Below, in pieces: positions 60,541 to 64,000 of a DNA stretch of 64,000 bases. Source of the stretch: Myxococcaceae bacterium. Lineage in GTDB: Bacteria; Myxococcota; Myxococcia; Myxococcales; Myxococcaceae. The notes under the pieces are model-generated. The model had not been told where the DNA came from, did no database searches, and worked only from the letters and a program-made list of their open reading frames with translations. The stretch covers positions 6,714-70,713 of the forward strand of contig DASRBA010000259.1 of the NCBI GenBank assembly GCA_035637895.1, read 5' to 3'. Positions within the stretch are counted from its first letter, which is position 1, and every line of letters begins with the position of its first letter. A program made the position numbers and the translations under genes.

Positions 60541-60800
60541 GCGCGAATGGTCGGCGGCGGCGCGCAGCACGGATCGCTGCCCGCCGCGCACCCACGGTGC
60601 TGAACCGCGCTGGCACGAATGGTCGGTGGGCGGCGCGCAGCACGGATCGCTGCCTGCCGCGCACCCACGGTGCTGAACCGCGCTGGCACGAATGGTCGGT
60701 GGGCGGCGCGCCGCACGGATCGCTGCCCCGCCGCGCACCCGCGGTGCCGAACCGCGCTGGCGCGAATGGTCGGTGGGCGGCGCCGCGCCGCACGTACCGT
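60541..60800. repeat. About 73-bp intergenic tandem direct repeat, roughly 3.5 copies, each with small GC hairpins
   Basis: GAATGGTCGG(T/C)GGGCGGCGCGCAGCACGGATCGCTGCC(T/C)GCCGCGCACCCACGGTGCTGAACCGCGCTGGCAC starts at 60545, 60617, 60690 and 60764 (the last copy decays). Internal palindromes GCAGC-acggatc-GCTGC and GCACC-cac-GGTGC. Confidence 0.85.
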
Positions 60801-60876
60801 CACCCGCCGCGTTTCTCGGCGACGCGAGCCGCGAATTTGAGCACGGGCTCCAGCGGCGGCACGCTCCGCCGCCGCG

Positions 60877-62130
60877 ATGCTCGTCATCTCATTTGCGCTC
60901 CTCGGGCTCTCGCTGGGGCCAGTCCCCGCGGACGAGCCGATTCCGTCAGCTCAGGCCGGCCCATCGTCCCTGGAGCTCCTGGGTGGCGCGGAGGTCGGGC
61001 CGGCGCTGGTCGCCCACGCGTGGGCGCTGCAGGTGCGGCCCACGCTCTCCCTGGGGCTGTCCGCGGACTTCGGCGCCGAGCTGGGGCCGTGGCTCCGGTT
61101 CACCGGCACCGGCCCGCTGTTGCTGCGCGCCGAGGACTGGGACGAGCGCTCCGACCTGGGCCAGCTCCTGCAATCCCTCTCCATCGGCGCCACCGGTCGC
61201 CCGGTCCAGCTCCGCGCCGGCGAGCTGCGCGCCTTCACCCTGGGCCTCGGCCACCTCGTCTCCGGCTACTCCAACCGCGTCGCCGAGGACTACCACCCCG
61301 CCGGCGCGCAGCTGGTCGCCTTCGCCGGGCCGGTGGCGCTGGAGGTGATGGCCAGCGACGTCCTCGCGGCGCGGATGTTCGCGGGCGCGGTGCGCGCCGC
61401 CGCCCTCGACGATCACCTCCACGCCGAGCTCTCCGCGCTCCACGACTTCGGCCTGGCCGGTGGGACGGCGCCGCCGCTGTCGCTGCTCCAACTCGACCTC
61501 GACGCCGGCCTGTTCCGCGGCCCGCTGTTCTGGCTCGACGTCTTCCTCGGCGGTGGGGCCCGGGTGGGCGTACCGGACCCCTCCGGCGGCGGCGAGCTCG
61601 GTATCTCGGTGGACGCGCGCCGCGGGGCGCTGTCGCTGGGAGGCCGCCTGGAGGCGCGGATGGTGCGCGGCGGCTATCGGCCGGGGATGGTTGGCCTGGG
61701 CTACGAGGTGTCGCGCCTGGCCGGCACCGGCTTCCAGGGCGTTCCCCTCGCGGACGAGCGGCTCCCGCCCGCGTTCTCCGCCTTCTTCGAGCTCCAGCTC
61801 GCCTACGCCGCCCGCGGTGCCAGCCTCTCCGGGCAGGCGCAGGTGGAGGTGTTCACCGCCGGCCGCACGGACGCGCGCGCCTGGCTCACCGCCGAGCTGT
61901 TCTCCGGATGGCTGGCCGCCTCCGGCATGGTGGAGGCGGTGGGGCTGGGGAGCGCGCCGCGGATCCTGGCGCAGGGCGAGGCGCGGGTCCGCTTCGCGCC
62001 CTCCCTCTACGCGGCGGCGCGCGCGGGCACCGGGTTCCGGCCGGCGCCGGGCGGAGGGCTGGAGCGCTCGGTCACCGCCGGGGTGGCGCTGGGCGCCGAC
62101 TTCGACCTCGTCCCCGGCGCGCGTCTATAG
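60877..62130 (+). CDS. Secreted hypothetical protein (possibly an outer-membrane beta-barrel)
   Basis: Signal peptide MLVISFALLGLSLGPVPA. Gly/Ala/Leu-rich with alternating hydrophobicity. Followed 10 nt later by the K+ channel gene. Confidence 0.55.
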   Translation: MLVISFALLGLSLGPVPADEPIPSAQAGPSSLELLGGAEVGPALVAHAWALQVRPTLSLGLSADFGAELGPWLRFTGTGPLLLRAEDWDERSDLGQLLQSLSIGATGRPVQLRAGELRAFTLGLGHLVSGYSNRVAEDYHPAGAQLVAFAGPVALEVMASDVLAARMFAGAVRAAALDDHLHAELSALHDFGLAGGTAPPLSLLQLDLDAGLFRGPLFWLDVFLGGGARVGVPDPSGGGELGISVDARRGALSLGGRLEARMVRGGYRPGMVGLGYEVSRLAGTGFQGVPLADERLPPAFSAFFELQLAYAARGASLSGQAQVEVFTAGRTDARAWLTAELFSGWLAASGMVEAVGLGSAPRILAQGEARVRFAPSLYAAARAGTGFRPAPGGGLERSVTAGVALGADFDLVPGARL

Positions 62131-62139
62131 TCGCCGCCC

Positions 62140-63099
62140 GTGGCAGACAACGGCGCAGCGCCCGGCCCGGCCCCCAAGATCCTCCCCGCTCCGGTGCGCA
62201 CCCGCCCCCGCTTCGCGGCGGCGGGGAACCTGGCCACCGTCGGCACCATGGTGGTGGTGGGCGGGAAGCGGCCCGGCCTGTCGGACGCGTACCACTACCT
62301 GGTGCGCGCGCGCTGGGCGATCACCATCGGCATCATGGCGGGGACCTTCCTGCTCACCAACGTCCTCTTCGGATCGCTGTACTACGCCGTGGGCGGGATC
62401 GCCGAGGTGCGCCCGGACTCCTGGCTGGACCACTTCTTCTTCAGCGTGGAGACGCTCGGCACCATCGGCTACGGCGTGTTCCACCCCGCCACTCCCACCG
62501 CGCACTTCATCACCGTGCTGGAGACGATGGTGGGGATGTTCGGCGTGGCGCTGGTCACCGGCCTGGTGTTCGCCAAGTTCTCCCGCACCCGCGCGCGGGT
62601 GCTGTTCTCCAAGGTGGCGGTGGTGTCGGACCGGGACAAGGTGCCGACCCTGATGTTCCGGGTGGCCAACGAGCGCCGGAACTTCATCATGGAGGCCAAC
62701 CTCAAGCTGACCATGCTCAAGACGGTGAAGACCGCCGAGGGGGAGACGCTCCGCCGGCTGCTCGAGATCCCCCTGGTGCGCGCCAGCTCCTCCGCCTTCG
62801 TCCTCAGCTGGACGGCGATGCACCAGATCAACCAGCAGAGCCCGCTCTGGGGGGAGACGCCGCAGAGCCTGATGGATTCGGACTCGGAGATCCTGGTCAA
62901 CTTCATGGGCACCGACGAGATCACCTCCCAGACCATCCACGCCCGCCACTCGTACGCGCCGGAGGAGATCTTCTACGGGGCGCGGCTGGTGGACACCTTC
63001 TCCCAGCGCGAGGACGGCAAGCGGCAAATGGATTACGGGAAATTCCATGACATCGAGCCGTGGGTGGTGACCCTGCCCTGGCTCGCGGAAAAGCGCTGA
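62140..63099 (+). CDS. Inward-rectifier-type potassium channel (KirBac family)
   Basis: FFSVETLGTIGYGVF contains the TIGYG selectivity filter between two TM helices, followed by the cytoplasmic Kir beta-domain. Confidence 0.88.
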   Translation: MADNGAAPGPAPKILPAPVRTRPRFAAAGNLATVGTMVVVGGKRPGLSDAYHYLVRARWAITIGIMAGTFLLTNVLFGSLYYAVGGIAEVRPDSWLDHFFFSVETLGTIGYGVFHPATPTAHFITVLETMVGMFGVALVTGLVFAKFSRTRARVLFSKVAVVSDRDKVPTLMFRVANERRNFIMEANLKLTMLKTVKTAEGETLRRLLEIPLVRASSSAFVLSWTAMHQINQQSPLWGETPQSLMDSDSEILVNFMGTDEITSQTIHARHSYAPEEIFYGARLVDTFSQREDGKRQMDYGKFHDIEPWVVTLPWLAEKR

Positions 63100-63133
63100 C
63101 AAGGGGCCGCCGGCCCAACTACAAGGCGCGGCC

Positions 63134-63901
63134 ATGTTCCAGTACCTCGATCCCAACCTGAAGAAGGAAGTCTTCGGCTGGCACAGCCCCGCGCTGGGGA
63201 TGGACATGCCCATCGCCCGCTACGGCGACTGGGGCCACGCCCTGCTCGTCTTCCCCACCGCCTCCGGAGACTTCGAGGAGGCGGAGCGCTTCTTCCTCAT
63301 CAAGTCCATCGAACCGTTCATCTTCGAGGGGCGGATCCAGGTCTTCTCCATCGAGAGCATCAACAAGCACGCCTGGATGAACGACCACCTGGGCGTGGCG
63401 GAGCAGGCGCACAACACCAACCAGTACTCGAAGTACATCGAGAACGAGGTGGTGCCGCACATCCGCCGCTGCCTGCAGAACGACCGCGCGCGCATCGCGG
63501 TCACCGGCGCGTCGTTCGGGTGCTTCTTCGCCGCCAACGCGCTCTTCCGGCGGCCGGACCTGTTCGACATCCTGATCGCGATGAGCGGCTTCTTCGACCT
63601 GGGTCCGACCTACCTGCACGGCTACGGCGACCAGAACGTCTACTTCAACAACCCGTGGTCCTACATGAGCGAGCTGCGCGACCACGACCAGCTGGAGTTG
63701 TTCCGGCAGCACTGCCAGATCAACATCGTCACCGGGCAGGGCGCGTACGAGCGGCCGGAGGCGTCCGTTCGCTTCTCCGAGCTGCTGTGGTCCAAGAGCA
63801 TCCCGCACCGGCTGGACCTCTGGGGCCACGACGTGAACCACGACTGGCCGTGGTGGCGGCGGATGCTGCCGCACTACGTGGCCGAGAAGGTCCGCTGGTA
63901 G
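63134..63901 (+). CDS. Esterase family protein (enterochelin-esterase / esterase-D-like alpha/beta hydrolase)
   Basis: IAVTGASFGCFFAANALF (GxSxG nucleophile elbow). 255 aa. Confidence 0.82.
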   Translation: MFQYLDPNLKKEVFGWHSPALGMDMPIARYGDWGHALLVFPTASGDFEEAERFFLIKSIEPFIFEGRIQVFSIESINKHAWMNDHLGVAEQAHNTNQYSKYIENEVVPHIRRCLQNDRARIAVTGASFGCFFAANALFRRPDLFDILIAMSGFFDLGPTYLHGYGDQNVYFNNPWSYMSELRDHDQLELFRQHCQINIVTGQGAYERPEASVRFSELLWSKSIPHRLDLWGHDVNHDWPWWRRMLPHYVAEKVRW

Positions 63902-63905
63902 CGCC

Positions 63906-64000
63906 GTGGCCGACGGAGGAACGAAGAGGCTCGTGGGGCTCCTGGTGGGCCGGGAGCGCTCCTTCCCGGACGCGCTGATCGCCGAGGTGAACCGGCGCGG
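63906..64000 (+). CDS. 5' end of a gene continuing beyond the window (partial)
   Basis: GTG followed by the open frame VADGGTKRLVGLLVGRERSFPDALIAEVNRR running to the window edge. Confidence 0.35.
   Translation, partial: MADGGTKRLVGLLVGRERSFPDALIAEVNRR

Noticed and set aside
60541-60800. Possibility that the 73-bp array (or the 72-bp array at 6.8 kb) is a CRISPR
   Set aside because: The whole period is repeated with near identity. There are no unique spacers, the unit is too long, and no cas genes are present.
60597-63050. 817-aa plus-strand ORF running through the repeat array, OMP-like gene and Kir channel in another frame
   Set aside because: Pro/Arg/Gly-rich artefact. The TIGYG channel and the signal-peptide protein in the other frames are clearly the real products.

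Overview
This is a high-GC (roughly 70-75% by eye) chromosomal window, myxobacteria-like in gene content: mreB, many eukaryotic-like Ser/Thr kinases, ECF sigma / anti-sigma pairs, PilZ proteins and a DUF1501/DUF1553 pair. Most of it is ordinary core genome. That includes a homogentisate (tyrosine) catabolic operon (FAH family hydrolase, maiA, hppD, hmgA-like), dapD plus a dapE-like gene, glpK, hemF, an aldehyde dehydrogenase, an SDR, a KirBac-type K+ channel, and a large carboxypeptidase-regulatory-like repeat protein.

The part that stands out is a compositional island at about 18.2-31.7 kb. Its GC drops to roughly 50-60%, it sits between the aldehyde dehydrogenase gene and a GH3-family gene, and it has no integrase or tRNA. 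The island carries: (i) a beta-class N6A/N4C DNA methyltransferase convergent with, and 4 bp overlapping, a candidate restriction endonuclease; (ii) a tightly packed 9-gene plus-strand operon (about 20.0-28.9 kb); (iii) a second, paralogous methyltransferase in inverted orientation; (iv) a lipoprotein toxin with a C-terminal HNH nuclease followed by a 4-bp-overlapping candidate immunity gene.

The 9-gene operon encodes a sigma54-activator-like AAA+ ATPase, a P-loop NTPase, a HerA/FtsK-like ATPase with an ATQRP motif, two tandem paralogous BrxD/DUF2791-like P-loop ATPases, and three proteins of unknown function. It has no PglZ, PglX, helicase or recognisable nuclease partner, so it does not match any defence system I can name. 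I propose it as a candidate undescribed methyltransferase-linked multi-ATPase defence system.

Other observations: two unrelated 72-73 bp tandem repeats (about 6.78-6.97 kb and 60.54-60.80 kb), an internally deleted flavin-oxidase gene relic (281-448), a TetR operator palindrome, and an ECF sigma gene followed by a Ser/Thr kinase whose N-terminus looks like an anti-sigma zinc-finger (ZAS) domain.

Coordinates for non-ORF features were read by hand and may be off by 1-2 nt. I ran no database searches, so family names come from recognised motifs only.
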